A stretch of DNA of 64,000 bases from Tubiluchus corallicola (GCA_030141605.1 JAQGDQ010000345.1:138285-202284); one strand, 5' to 3'; numbered from the stretch's first letter, positions 26,401 to 39,691 are shown. Notes: generated from the letters alone by a model not told the origin. Numbers and translations: made by a program.

Positions 26401-29400
26401 CAATAAACACGTGTACAGGAGAGTTTTAAAAAGAGGCTGTACTACAAGCATTTATTTGCTAATTAAACTTTAATGAGCAATTAATCAACCGTTGATGAAT
26501 GTCAAGAAGTTTTTTGTTGATAAAAGCACATTGAGTAAGTCTTCAGCCAATAATATATCCAATAGATTTAGCGAGTTTGAAATTACACTTATTATATTCA
26601 CTGTTAAGATATTATCCTGTTTTTACTATGGGAGGTCGAGAGAATTTTTATCATAAATGTGCATCATATTTAATGTTCAGTGCCTCTAAAAGACTTATTA
26701 GTTTTGAGAGAATGCTCCGTAAACGGATAAACTTCAACCTTAACTTTATCAACAAACAATTATAAAAAAGTAGTTCAGTAACAGGCCAAATTTTTGAACC
26801 AACCCCAGTATTCAAAGTAGCCAATTCCTGTGCTGAATGAGTGGCAGCTATTTCTGATTTACGTTCTATTCTTAATATACACCTGTAAAAAAGCAAAGAC
26901 ATCTTTATAAATATAAAGCATAAGAACTATTTTATGTATTACTAATTGTAAAAATTTTATATATAATTTAAACGTTAAAATAGTATATAGTCGCTGTACG
27001 ACTGCAAACACTCTCATTTTTAATAGTTAACATAAAACAAAATTTATCAAAAATTTCATACAGAACTCTTACACAGGCCTTAAATAATTCATGATGAACC
27101 AAACCTGCAGAGTTTTCAAAAATATGAAAACATGGATTGTCATCATATAATATATTATACAACATTATATAATAAATAAAACTTTTGACAAAAATGTCTG
27201 ACATTAAAGACTCAAAATCATACCAACAGATATCATCATTGGTGGTGGAATTTAACGAAAGAGAACCTTACCATACTATCCCAAAACATTCCTGTACGTG
27301 TTTATAAGTTTACAAATCATTACGTTGAATAAAGTGTTTGTTTATAATGGGCTAACTCATTACCCATTCTTCATATTCATAGATGGCTTCTTGAACATTG
27401 TTTAAGATGCCAGTGAAATATGGTCATTTAAACTCAATTTTTATTATTCAAAACAATATTAAATTTTGCAATCAGTGAACTCACCTATGCATTTATATAA
27501 TGTGACTTCGGCAACAAAATGGACTGACCTGCTATTACACTCAATATGGTTATAGTTACAAAAGTTACAGTCACAGTTGAGACAAAAATTTTTACTGTTT
27601 AAACTTTACATTTCAGGCCGGTTACAATTCATTGCTGTGCACGGATAACCTTACCTATCATTGCTGCTTGTCATTAACTTAGAGGCGTGTTTAATTGTTG
27701 ATATTGTTACACCATTCACAGAGACTAGGATATCACCCTGCAAAAACAAACATAAATATAAACATGCTGGAGTTTAGACTACACTTAATTACAGATTGAT
27801 GGCCACCAATGAGATCCCAGAAACAGGAGTCAGGTACCTAAATATTCACTTTCCAAAATATTGTAGGCAAACTGACTTTGCCACAAAAAAAAATTTTCAT
27901 TTTCTTCCAACAATTATGTTACATATTAGTAATAACGGAAATAAGAATACCGACACAACATGTACTTGCTTAATGATGCTAATGTGTTCCAGCAAAATGT
28001 GTCGTTAAGGGAGACGTTGATATATGAAACAATGCTTTCCATAGAATCAATGTAAAAGCATTCAGTTGAATTCCCCACCCAAAGATCAATAAAGCTTACC
28101 TAAATAAAAGTGATAAATAAGCTGCATGGGAGAATAAAAATCAATAATGCCTGGCCATGTAAAGCTTTCAGTTTGGTTGCAGAACAAAAATTAATAAAGC
28201 ATGGCTTATAAATCACGCATTTTATGATGTTTGTCCCTGACAATTTTTAACTAAAAGCTAAAAAGAACTAAAGTTTATAGTGAATATTTCAATTTGAAAC
28301 ATAGGTTTTGTTTTTTACATGTAATTCTAGTCTTGGTTGCATAGACTCTTTCTGTTTTCTGTTAAAACTTCTTTTCAACACGGTAAAGCATAAGCAACAT
28401 CACGCCTCACTTTAGAACTTTGCTCTATATCTGGATTACTTTCACAAAATATGTCCAGCAACAATTTTGAAAGCTTCATGCAGATGTTTAACACTACCCA
28501 TTTCTATTTAGCTGACTTTTCTGCTCAGTACTTCTGAGAAATATTTCTAGTGTTGTCTTTTGGACAACATAAATGCGAACGAGATGACCAAGCAGTAATT
28601 GACATAGCAATGTAACATAAGAGAACTGTATCAGAGAAACTCCATTTCTAAGGTGTATGTGAGAAACTGCTAGTAATTAACGAGTGGTCAGCACTGAATC
28701 ATCTCTGCCTGCATCTGACTGCTAAGTAGGCAAATTATTAGTGTGATTTCTGTTAATAGGGCATCTTCATAAAAGGGGAGTGCAGTAAACAAAATTTCAC
28801 CTCTAACTCCAGTGTTCGTGTGTGCGAACTCATTATCCCATTCTTCATATTCACAGACGGCTTCTTGAACATTGTTTAAGATGTAAGTAAAATATAATCA
28901 TATAAACTCATGGAACCCATACTAAATTAAAAAGTCTGACAAATATTTCACTTTCACAGGGCTTGAACCCAAGACCTACTACTTTCTGGATAGCTATACT
29001 AACAATTATACCACAGAGACACTTTCACTTTTCAGCAGTAGAGCAACAGGCAAAAAATAAACTTCAAGGAAACATTTAGTCTTTATTTGACGTAGTTACA
29101 TAACACCAAACTTACTATTTTTATATCAGCAGTAGCAGCCGGAGAATACGGCGTAATACCTTCCACTATCACTTGTTCTTCATATTTCTCCAATACGAAA
29201 GCCTAATCAACCAAAAATCAAACATTTAGATCCTAAATAATGCAATACAGAAAAAATTAATTGCAAAAATGCAAGGCAAGGCAAGAAACAGTCTAAGTCA
29301 AATGAACTTTGTTTAGTCATCAACAATTTTTCAAACGGTATTTAGCATAATGTTAATTCAATATTTTATACAATCAAGTAGTTCGCACAATCTCATCATA

Positions 29401-32400
29401 TAAAACAATTTGTCTAGTGACAAGATGCATCATTACATGATACATAAAATTAATGCAATATAATTACATGCGTAAATATTTACAGAAGTTGAGCATAAAT
29501 GAAAGATTATTATTTTCAAAAGTTCATCAAGTTTACACCAATGTTTGACTTTATTAATAGTGAATTCTGTCACAAAAGAATGGATATCTTGAACACAGTC
29601 AGTATATTTAGTTTCAGAACATTCTAGCAATGCATGATTAAGTTTGGTCAGCATTCAGGTCAGAAAATTACATATTCTATATATGACTGTTTTTGAACAC
29701 AAGCAATAAATGTAAGCAAACTAGGGTAAACAATATATAATACTTTATAATTTATATAAAAGCATTGTTATTTCTTTTGAACACACATATCACCAAATGA
29801 GAAGCAATATTAAAAAGAAAAATGGAGAAGCCACAAAATCTCACCTTTCTAAGCAGAATTCCGATATGCTGACCAGCAGCTTTTGTTATGTGAACGTCCT
29901 GTGTCATGTAAACGCCATGTCTTGAACTAATAAGCTCAATCCAGTCATGTTTATCTAAATTAAAAATTGAATTTCTTATCTCGTAATTGCAATTTAATTA
30001 GTGTTAGTGATGCAACAGCAAATCTAATCATTACTGCAAGGAAAAACTTCGTACATTTTCACGGAGCGTCACAGTTTACTTTGTTGTAGGCTGGCCACAA
30101 AAAAATTGTGTTTGTCTTACCTCATGAGCTCAATAGATGCCAGTAATGTGGGAGGATTTTTTTTAAAGCTTTGTGAATGTTTAAAGATGAATTGTAGAAT
30201 ATTTAAAATCAGTTGAAAACAGAATTTGTTTATTTATCACTGGTTAGCAGTAATGCTTTATATTTTTAAATGCACATTTTTCATGGTTTGTTTTTTAGTT
30301 TTTTATTTCGCATAACTAAATTATCCCATCATTATCGATTATAGTATGATCTCTTTTTGTATCGCATGAATGTATGTTCTGATAATTATGCTATAAGTGG
30401 CAACACTACTTGACCGTTAAAAAGCTGACTTGGTGGAAATGCTTTTTAGCCTCCAATACGATAATCAGCATCATACAAAATAGTAACTCTGGCCGGAAGT
30501 TAGCCATAGAAAAACACGGCTGTATCCTCGCTGAAACAATGATGTTATAATAATTATCAAATTTTACTTTTAAGTTAAAAAATACGCTTTAATATGACTG
30601 TGTCAAGTAAGTACATGAACGTACAAAAAAATTATAAAATTCCTGGCCGGGTGTGAGATAAAAAATATTACCTGGGCGATTATACAGAAGCAAAAGTATT
30701 TTTGTCGTCTGAATCGTATTAACACGAATAAATTTGTTATGTTATAAGGATACAACTATAACAGACTGTAATAATTATAAATGCTACTAACACGACTTAC
30801 CTACTGCTACAGAACAATACAACCTCGCTTGAGGATGTGTTTTGACTAGTCTACTACAATGTAGTATGGTCACTTCTAAATGACCAATGGTCAAGTTCGA
30901 ATCACACAGCTGAAGACTGGTAATTTTTTTCTTTGTGTGATCAGGTTTGATAAAGAATGGCTTATACCGCATCTTGTAATTTGGAAGCGTATGCTTTTTT
31001 CTTACTGTGCGCTTTAGCTGTAAAAAAATACAAAAAACAACTCGTACATAAAACTAGTACTGACAGTTTATTTATGATGAATTGACATCTAGTTCTGTAA
31101 TTCTATTATCATTGTGTTATTATGTATCTCACAGTGCTTTTATGCATTGATGTAATTTGATCTTTAAGTAACAAAGTAAGTAAGTAAATTTGAGCATCAA
31201 TATATTTCAATTTGAATTTAATTTAATGTATTTCGACTTGCCTTTTATTTATATTTTAATGTATTTCAATTTGAATTTATTTGTATTTTAATGTATTAAT
31301 TATTTCTGCTATGTAAGCAGTACTAAAACATAGGGTAATGCTGCATTGATCAATAATAGAAAGTATTTTAAGGTACCTCACTTATTTGATTTCCAATTTG
31401 TTTTTGCAGCTAACTGACTAATAATGTTCAGCTTATGACAAACTTTTATTCAGTAATTGAGAATTTTTTAGTCACCATATGAAGTCTTGTGTCTTCTTCT
31501 GCTATCATGGTAATACTCTAGAGCAGAGATTAAAACTGCTGCATCGCTACATACATTAAAAAGCAGGATATATACTGGGTGGTGCAGAAAAAATGTGCCT
31601 ACATTTAGAATACAAAAGTATAGAAGCATTTGAAATACACAGTTGAATTTCACAGCATGATATTACAATACATTCACGTTTGGCTGTGAAAGTAGCAAGT
31701 TTATAGTCCTCGTGGTTTCTACTGCCATGACTGCTGGGCGATACAGTGGCAGAGTGGTCTAAAAGCAGCTGCCTTCTAAGTAGAAGATCCATAGTTCAAA
31801 TCTGGGCTGCATCCAAACTGCTTCGCATTTCCTGTTTTTCAAGTTTGGTATCAAAATTTAATTAACTGTGTGTTTCTTCCATCATTAAAAACAGCCTTGA
31901 TACTAAGAATATAATAATCACTTTAATTACAATAAAAATAAAAAAAATCAATGGCTTACAACTTGTCAAAGTGAAAAATAAGGATAAATACTGTAATACA
32001 CTTACTTGACCGATAATTAGGTTTGTCACTTGAGGGATGGGACGTCCCTGGAATTGAGATTCGACATCAAATTCCATATCTGGCTCCTATAATAAAAGCA
32101 GATAATGTAAGCAGATGAATGTATTTAGCCAATAATTACAATCTGTATGTGAATAACATCCAATGAATATCCAATTTATACTTTGCAACTTGTAAAACAT
32201 ACAACTATGTACAATAGATTTTAAAATAATAGTTCAACCTCTGACATCACTTTACGTTCACATTTCACGTTCACTATAAGTTATAATAGCTAATACTGAT
32301 TCGCTACAAATACATACTATTTTTAATAATATAGTCATTGTTAAATGTTAGGAAAGTTCTTCGATGAATCTTAAACCTGCCATATAACTTTCACTATAGT

Positions 32401-35400
32401 ATGACAATTGCAATAGCTGAAACTATTTGTTTTGCCTCGTATTGTAAAGTTGAATAACACTGTAAAAACACTGACAATGCCGTTTTAAAAGCGCTATCAC
32501 TTCTGAACAAATGTATTTCAAATATGAGTATTAGTCACAACATAAATTACCGGAATAATAAATAAACAAAAGTTTTTAGGTTATACTGCTGTAGATTACT
32601 TAGCACATGAGCTATATTGGATCACGGTGAGAACCATATACCTGGTTTTGGTTACACTGATATAGAATATATGTTACATAACCTTTTAACAGTTTAACCT
32701 GTTCATGCTGTAAGTTCATTATGATCTCAATTACTAACATCCATGTAAATGCTGTTATAAGTTTAAGATATTACTAATTAAATGCATTATAATTGTTTTT
32801 CATAGAAATTATAATGCAAATAAAGATGATATATACATAAATAGTATGTAATCTAGTCTAAAATTTTATGGTGTGTCATTACTTCTAGTCCAGTATTATC
32901 AATTTTTTGCATAACGGTAAAGTAAAAAATTTAAACTATAAATACAGGGTCCAGAAAAGTAGAACACTTATTTGCCAGTGACAGGAAGTATCTGTTAACA
33001 TTGTTCTTAGAAAAAATTCTGCACAGATAAGCAGCCCGAGGGAAAAGCTAGATTAATAAGCACTTGTTATTCTTCATCTAAGAATAGCAACTGTGTCCAT
33101 CTGGGCACTCTCTTTCCAAAGAGAACCAGATTCGCTAAAATACAATTCATGTGAAGTCGACCTCCGAGGGTAATTGTTACAGTGAGGTTAATAGTAACAC
33201 CTGCAACTATCAAGTAAACCCCAAATATCTGCACAATTACTTGTAACTTTAAGATTCTTAACTCATGTGGAAGATACCAAGGCTGGACAAAAATTAAAAA
33301 AGAGCCAAAAATAGGAATACTATAGTTGGTAGGATATAGGTTAGGCCTATACAGAAAAAAAACACGTGTAAGCAGTGTGCATATATTTGTACTTATGAAA
33401 GGGTACATAATCCTCTAATAACTCACCTCACAGAATGAGAAAGACCAGTGCGTGTAAGGCAACCTAGTCAGTTGAAGTCGAGCTCTGCCTCTCAAACACG
33501 CAAGCTTTACATACAGGAAAGCTGTTTTCCCTAGAACCAGATCCACATCAATGGACAGTTGAAAACCTCCGGAGTATTCCAGCTCAACGAGGATATCAAG
33601 TTCCTGTAAAATTAACTTTATCTGTAAGAATGGTGTACCAAAATTGATGCACATTACAGTTTGCGATCTCATCAACATATAGAAAACATTTTCAGTTCGT
33701 TTAACATAATTCATGAATTGTTTTGAATCAAAGTTTCAAAGTTTTGATTGTTGCCAAGTTTTCATATGAGACAAAATGCTGATCAATTGTTTTGAAAACG
33801 CACAAATATTCAGTGTGGTACTTTATCATATTTGTACAGGTCTATTAGCTTGAAACTTAAGGTGATGATTTACTTTCAAAGTCAACAGATCACATATTGT
33901 GATACTTTCCTAGACAGAAAGCTTATAACTTGGATCTGAAAAATATTATGTTTGTCTCCGATTTGTTGCCGTTTTACTCTACAGGGTAGATAGGGATTTT
34001 ATTTTATTTTTTGTTTATCGAGCCTTATTTTGACTAGTCCTCACATTTTTTATTTTATTTAAAAATTTATTTTTATTAAAAAATTTAGCAATTCACTAAT
34101 TAATAAAAGATAAATAAAGAAAAGATTTTCTTTTTCAAATAAAACGAATAAACCAACATATGAACATGTAACTGTAAGCACCAGCACTGGGCAGTGATTA
34201 TGAGATCAGTTATCACTCGAGCAGTTTCAGCAATCAGTGTCCAAGGTACTCTCTGTACCAGACCATTTACATTCATCATATGTGAAGTAACAAGAAGTTT
34301 CCTAATATTACATAACTTTATTATTAATTATTTATTTTTTAGAATTTTTATTTTTATTTTTACAACAGTTTTTTATAAATAGGCTTAACTTACAAAGTGA
34401 ATTTATACTAAATGTAGTTGTACTACAGATAGCTTTTCAATTGCATAGGTTTTACATCAGTTTCTTGTGCTCGACTTTTATAGACTTTGGTTATCAGGTT
34501 ACTTGAAAAGTGCAAGGTATAAACTGTACCAAGTCCTAAACTCACACATAAATTAAATACTTTGAGAGGCTCACTTCTGCTTTAAAAGCAATTTAGAATT
34601 TCTATATTTCGTTCAGTAGTGAAATGATTCGTTTTCTTTTGGCAATAGTTAGCCCAAATAACGATAAACATCTGCTCTTTACAACTTTGTCAGAACAATC
34701 ACTATCAGATTGTTTCATTATAAATCACAGCATGTTGGCTGCAGGAGTGTCTGACAGCTACTGGGGGTATTAAGTTTCAAGTTTGCGTGGGCAGCTAATT
34801 TTGTCTGCATTATAGAAGCGGCTGTATAAATATATCTGGTCAACAATCGGTATAAGTACATAAAAAATTTGATAAATGTAAAAAAATTTTTTATTTAGTT
34901 GGTCGGCAACCAGAAACTAGGCTTTACATCACGCACCTCAATATGATCAGTGTTGCTGCTTAGTTGAACATTTTTGGCTGATATATATCTGATTAAAGGA
35001 AATGCATCACCAACACTAAAATCTCGAATCTGAAATTTAAGTAAAAAAGTAAAGATAAAGAATTTTTAGTACTTTCCTTGCTACAGATACTTTTTCATTT
35101 CTGCATAACTACAGAAATTGTATGGATACAACTCGTTACTTCGTTATGCTTAATTGCTTATTTTTATATATATATGCACATAAGTATGTCGGTTTTTGCA
35201 GCAATATCTTCAATTTAAGACTGCAGTTAAGTCAACTAATATGCAACAGACTCTTTAAATATAGAGAAGACAACAAACAGACAAAAGGTAACCATAGTAC
35301 AGTAAAGATTTTTGCAAAAATACTGATAAGCAAAAGACTGTTAAAAAACATTGCCAATTTTTTTAGAAAACTTTTCACCGAAATTTTTGCACATCTGCAT

Positions 35401-37735
35401 GTTTGAACATTTCAAAAAATTAAAAAATTTGTTGCTCTGACTTTGAGAACAATTTAAAACTGCAGAACTGAAAGTAGCTACCAATGAGTTGAAAATGTAA
35501 ACACATTTTGAAAAACTGTAAAAAGTTGATACAAGATATTAATACAATTAGAAAAAATATATTACAAAGGTTAATGACTAAACACAGCATTTAATGAAAT
35601 TTCATTTCAAGAACAAAAACATAATTATGATCACAGTTGTCCCTTCATTTAGAGTAACTTACTTAGACAACAATTAGAATAAACTGTCATAGTTTCCACA
35701 GTTAAGGTGTTTAAACTGTTACTCTAAATGCTTGTTCTTTGGGTTTTTCGACATTACTGCAGAAATGCCAACAAAATCTTATAATTTCGAGTAAGTGAAA
35801 AAATACTCACTGTAATTCTTTCCAACAGTTTTCCAGCAGTTGTTTTTTGCAATAGTTCCTGAAATTCTAAACTGATCTTTTTGAGAATCCATCTGAAACG
35901 GAAGCCTAGTATTTTATGTGTTAACAGCAAAGTACAAAAATAGCATTTTGTAGTACTACAAAGAAGAATATAAAGACTCAGATAAACGTAGTCTCTTTCT
36001 TAAAGTAAACATATCGTATTTATAAGTAAATAAGTCATACTTCTATAGTAGTTCTCTGTGTAAATATTTATTTTATTTGAATAAATAAAAAACAATAAAC
36101 ATATCATATTTAACAAAGTAAACATGTACTTATAAAAATTTCAATTAAATTTTATTATTAAAATACCTCATTTTTAAATCCTTTCAAGCCTTGTGGTTAG
36201 CAGTTTTTTGTATGAATAAATTAAACTTGTCATTGAGGACTAGTAATATCATAGAACAGGAAAAATACTAACACGTAGATAGTTAGAAAAAAACTGTTTT
36301 TAGCTACCTTCTCATTTCCTTTGTTTCTTTTAGCTCTCGAAACAAGAACTGTAGCATTAAGTTGAGTGCATTACAAGATTCTCTATCATCTACTAGCTGA
36401 GTATTTTGTAGAAGAGTAACGAGCTCCTAACAAAATAATCAGATGTATAAATAAACACTATTGAGATGAGAATACGCAGTTACTTAGATTTTATTACAAT
36501 AAGGTTAAGCAGTCTTACATTACTACTGATACATCATCAACGTCATCACAACTGTCATCATCATCACCTTCTTCTTCATTATTCTAAATTTTGTACTTAA
36601 CTTTGCACAGTGACAAGAAAAAGCAAATTAAAACAAAAGTTATTGTATCTTAAACTTGGATGATTAACTACCAATCCTATATTTCAATAAAAAGATGTAT
36701 TCTTTTCTTTATAGGGATTGCATCTTGAACGTAAGAAGTATACTACTACTAACCAAGGATGTATAGGATCCTGACATCCTGTTACTTTAATTGATCCGAA
36801 TCTGGCAGAAATTTTTGTGGGATTTTTCACTGTTTGTATTTCTAGTTTTCTCTGTGTAAAACTACTGATTGTGCACCAATTGTAAAAATTAGAGCGGGTA
36901 AAAAAACAAATATATATATTTATATTTACATGTTCAGTTTAATTAGCTGAATAGTTTCCATTTTTTTAAGAATTTGAAGGATTTCTATTAAAATCTTGAA
37001 AAATTTACGAAAGTATCACTTGGTTTTTATGCCGCCACGCTTGTAGCGCAAGCAATACCAGCAATGTTCACACTGTGGTTATTTAAAGCAAATAGCGCAA
37101 GATATACTGTTACTGCTGCAAAAATGTTTGCTAAAAATTAGAATAATCTATTTCTAGTAAAAGCACATTTTGACGTTTTTTTAGCTCAAACCAAGTGCAG
37201 ATTAAGTATTCAAAATTACAGTACATCAACTTTTGCAGTGTTTCCATTTAACATTACTCAGTGACGTCCTTTCAAAATGGACAGTTGATGCAACCACATT
37301 AATAAAAGGCTAAACAAATGAAATATCGTTTACGTTAATTTGTAGATCCGGATCTGAAGCAAGTGGATCTGGTGCATCCCTACTACATTGTTATAAGTGA
37401 ACAAAGAGCATTGCAGAGAAATTCTAACAGCACAGAACATTGACATTAACTGAGTGTTATAACTGAACTATCATAATGAGAGCTAATGAGCTGCATACAT
37501 AAATATGATTACATCCCATGAAAGCTGCATGACTAATGCAGATATTAACCACCTCACAACACTTCAATACAACAACACAACCTACCTGTGGTAATTTGAA
37601 CTTAGGGAATTGTGGTTTAAAATCTGGCTGAACCACAGATATGTTAGATAACCAAACACTAAAACATAGCCATTGAATGCAGAGAGTAAGTAGAATTCCA
37701 AGTACAAAAGATATGACCACAATTGCGACAATCAT
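14196..37735 (-). CDS. PDZD8: PDZ domain-containing protein 8 (ER contact-site lipid transfer protein; TM, SMP, split C2 with PDZ, C1, coiled coil), 22 coding exons, ~1055 aa
   Basis: All 22 exons join with GT-AG introns in consistent phase (3168 nt). Diagnostic motifs: LQFLFRELKET, YSGGFQLSIDVDL, LPYTHWSFSF, KKHTLPNYKMRYKPFF, GDILVSVNG, HPGFDLSLCYGDV, the C1 domain H-C-C-C-C-H-C-C, and KIQALALMMLHYCSGL. Confidence 0.95.
14580..14895. mobile_element. Tigger/pogo-like MITE
   Basis: TAGTAAGCTATGTATAACTCAAGCTGG versus the reverse complement of the right end, CAGTAAACTATATGTAAGTCGAAACTGG. TA flanks, internal TAACTCGAA repeats, followed by (TA)n. Confidence 0.7.
15672..16215 (+). mobile_element. 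Internally deleted Tigger/pogo transposon retaining the CENP-B-type HTH N-terminus
   Basis: TA|CAGTGGAACTTCGACTTACGAAA ... TTTCGTATCTTGAGGTATCACTG|TA. From 15883 it reads MGPKKVSASGNDKNKMMMSSMEAKLKTIA, then frameshifts to YERGMHLSAIAREYERNPSTIGH. Confidence 0.88.
16386..16586 (-). CDS. PDZD8: PDZD8 exon 21
   Basis: ttacag|HSLTSHM...AKEMGKELY...KLNDK|gtgggt. Confidence 0.88.
17363..17465 (-). CDS. PDZD8: PDZD8 exon 20
   Basis: ttacag|..SKSLPPSPQSSPGVTRK|gtaaat. Confidence 0.85.
18729..18899 (-). CDS. PDZD8: PDZD8 exon 19
   Basis: ctgaag|RMGIKRPS...HSLGSQ|gtaaga; phase consistent with neighbours. Confidence 0.8.
19617..19711 (-). CDS. PDZD8: PDZD8 exon 18 (C1 domain, C-terminal half)
   Basis: IWLKVAFQCQVCDMICHRKCLARCEAQTHC. 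Confidence 0.92.
20636..20714 (-). CDS. PDZD8: PDZD8 exon 17 (C1 domain, N-terminal half)
   Basis: EHVFIGTQFTSSTLCHYCGKK|gtaagc. Confidence 0.92.
21638..21832 (-). CDS. PDZD8: PDZD8 exon 16
   Basis: RLKNLARHPGFDLSLCYGDVTVLF...|gtaagt. Confidence 0.9.
22496..22602 (-). CDS. PDZD8: PDZD8 exon 15
   Basis: QTISLMDIALECALTKSSAFQETYSLWPPE. Confidence 0.9.
23763..23897 (-). CDS. PDZD8: PDZD8 exon 14 (C2 domain, C-terminal part)
   Basis: DPEWNQSFILKVKPEHRYLNLCIW...DILLGH|gtaagt. Confidence 0.92.
24233..24444 (-). CDS. PDZD8: PDZD8 exon 13
   Basis: ttttag|..STFGSKLDIPD...MQKTKYVFSSR|gtcagt. Confidence 0.85.
25406..25724 (-). CDS. PDZD8: PDZD8 exon 12 (disordered linker)
   Basis: ttacag|VTLTSSF...TKPLS|gtaagt. 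Confidence 0.82.
26804..26882 (-). CDS. PDZD8: PDZD8 exon 11
   Basis: ttacag|CILRIERK...NTG|gttggt. Confidence 0.8.
27354..27436 (-). repeat. Fragment matching the body of the SINE at 28827-28910
   Basis: Shares CCCATTCTTCATATTCA..GGCTTCTTGAACATTGTTTAAGATG. Confidence 0.75.
27655..27737 (-). CDS. PDZD8: PDZD8 exon 10 (PDZ)
   Basis: GDILVSVNGVTISTIKHASKLM. Confidence 0.92.
28740..29020 (-). mobile_element. tRNA-derived SINE (degenerate; 3' boundary approximate)
   Basis: Minus-strand head GTCTCTGTGGTATAATTGTTAG (A box-like) ... GGTCTTGGGTTCAAGCCC (B box). The body is repeated at 27354-27436. Confidence 0.6.
29116..29202 (-). CDS. PDZD8: PDZD8 exon 9 (PDZ)
   Basis: QVIVEGITPYSPAATADIKI|gtaagt. 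Confidence 0.92.
29845..29954 (-). CDS. PDZD8: PDZD8 exon 8
   Basis: DKHDWIEL...KAAGQHIGILLRK|gtgaga. Confidence 0.9.
30801..31017 (-). CDS. PDZD8: PDZD8 exon 7
   Basis: LKRTVRKKHTLPNYKMRYKPFF...LEVTILHCSRL. Confidence 0.95.
32006..32086 (-). CDS. PDZD8: PDZD8 exon 6 (SMP)
   Basis: EPDMEFDVESQFQGRPIPQVTNLIIGQ. Confidence 0.95.
33427..33603 (-). CDS. PDZD8: PDZD8 exon 5 (SMP)
   Basis: ELEYSGGFQLSIDVDL...GRARLQLTRLPYTHWSFSF. Confidence 0.96.
34937..35029 (-). CDS. PDZD8: PDZD8 exon 4 (SMP)
   Basis: IRDFSVGDAFPLIRYI...HIE|gtgcgt. Confidence 0.92.
35811..35892 (-). CDS. PDZD8: PDZD8 exon 3 (SMP)
   Basis: WILKKISLEFQELLQKTTAGKLLERIT|gtgagt. Confidence 0.95.
36308..36426 (-). CDS. PDZD8: PDZD8 exon 2
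   Basis: ESCNALNLMLQFLFRELKET. Confidence 0.93.
36754..37382. mobile_element. Degenerate hAT-like MITE with GGATCCGG-type subterminal repeats
   Basis: Right end GGTGCATCCCTA; left end CAAGGATGTATAGGATCC. GATCCG/GGATCT motifs occur near both ends. Confidence 0.45.
37586..37735 (-). CDS. PDZD8: PDZD8 first coding exon (N-terminal transmembrane helix)
   Basis: MIVAIVVISFVLGILLTLCIQW...KLPQ|gtaggt. A probable 5'UTR acceptor (ttgcag) lies at ~37832. Confidence 0.9.
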
Positions 37736-38049
37736 AACTGAAAACTTCAGCGAGCAGTTCCTGAATTACTTTTTCAAGTTTCTGAACATATTTTCTCTCC
37801 GATGTCCCTCCAAAGGCTCCAATTTCACCAACTGCAAATTATACTTATATAAAAATGCATCTATTAGTATTACTTTTTTAGTTATTACATAGTTTGAAGT
37901 TTGCACAGCAAGAAAAAATGGAAAATAAGCTAAGAAATGCAAAATTACAAACAGACTGATTGATTTGGAAATTTATTATACAACATTACTGAAACATTCA
38001 CTTACAAAGATTAGTTGAAACACGATTCATTTCATCGTTAAACAATGAA

Positions 38050-39691
38050 ACAACTCCAGATAGTTACCATCCACGTATTTTAAATGAATGTAGAACTGTG
38101 CTTTTTAAGCCTATATACACCTTACTGGATAGGTCTTTTGCTGATTGTCAGTTACCTGGACAATGGAAGGTGGCACAGGTTACTCCCATTCATAAAAAAG
38201 GGGACAAGTCAGATCCATCGATCTACAGGCCAGTTAGCTTACTAAATACAATTAATAAGGTGACAGAAAAAATCATGCGGAAACATATAATGAACCATCT
38301 GATAAGATACAACATTATTTGTGAAGAACAACATGGGTTTGTTAAGGGTAGAACAACGGTTACCCAACTGTTACAATGTTACGATGCATGGTTTGAGTTA
38401 AAAGATGCTAATAAGCCTTTTGATATAATACTACTGGACCTGAAAAAGGCATTTGATGTTGTACCTCATCACTTTCTGTTTGCAAAACTTAAAAATTGTG
38501 GTATAACTGGTTCAGTTTTACAGTGGATAGTAAACTTCTTAGAAAATAGAAGTCAATGTACGTGTGTTGATGGTTACAAATCGACTGAGTCCTTGATTAC
38601 TAGTGGTGTACCGCAAGGTTCGGTATTAGGTCCGTGTTTATTTGTGGTATTTATAAATGACTTGCCTAGTTGTGTGAGTAATTCTCTTTGTCTTTTTGCC
38701 GACGACAGCAAAATCTGGTCTGAATCTGATTCTTTTACCAGCTGTAATGATCTTCAATTGGATCTAGAAGGGCTCTGTGATTGGGCAGTTGAAAATGGTA
38801 TGCAGTTCCATCCCAACAAGTGTAAGGTTGTATCTGTGGGAGCAGGATATGAGTATAAATACAAAATGTATGATGCAAGTGGCATTCCGGCAGAATTTGA
38901 CTTTAGTGCTTGTGAGAAAGACCTTGGATTATTACTTGATAATAAACTAAATTTTAAAGATCACATAGCAGAAATCATAAAGAGTGCCAAACGAAACAAT
39001 GCTTTAATAAGGAGGAATTTCAAGTACCTAGATCTGCAAACTTTCAAGCTTCTATATGTGGCACTTGTGCGATCAAAAGTGGAGTATGGAAGTAGTATTT
39101 GGAATAGTCCTAGGGCATATATAGTGGACCCAGTCGAAACTGTCCAAATGAGAGCTTTCAACATGTTACCGGAACTAATGAACTTGACGTATGAAAGTCA
39201 GTTAAAACGAATAGGTTTAACTACATTAGCTTTTAGACGTTTACGTGGCCAACTAATTGATGTATACAAATATGTATCTGGAGTTTACAGCTGTGATGAT
39301 TGTCCTGTTAAATTAGAAGTACATCGTACAGCAAGATCAGGTCCTATTCTTCATAAATCAAGAACTGCACACAAAACTGGTAAATACGACTATTTTTCTT
39401 GTACGATGCCAGAAATCTGGAATAGATTGCCCTGTGATGTGAGAACAGCAACATCTGTAAATTTATTTAAATCAAAATTAGATAGACACTATGAACATCA
39501 TCCATTGAAATTTAATCACCGTGCTAATTGGAACATGCCTATAACAAGGATGCTGGATTACATATTAAAGTGAGAAAACTTGCCAGTGGAGTCACCTAGG
39601 TGTTGATGACAATCTATTAAATGTGCAATTTGTCGCAATTACAGTCGAAGAACTATTTGTCTCAAAAGTTATATTATAACTACTGGAGATT

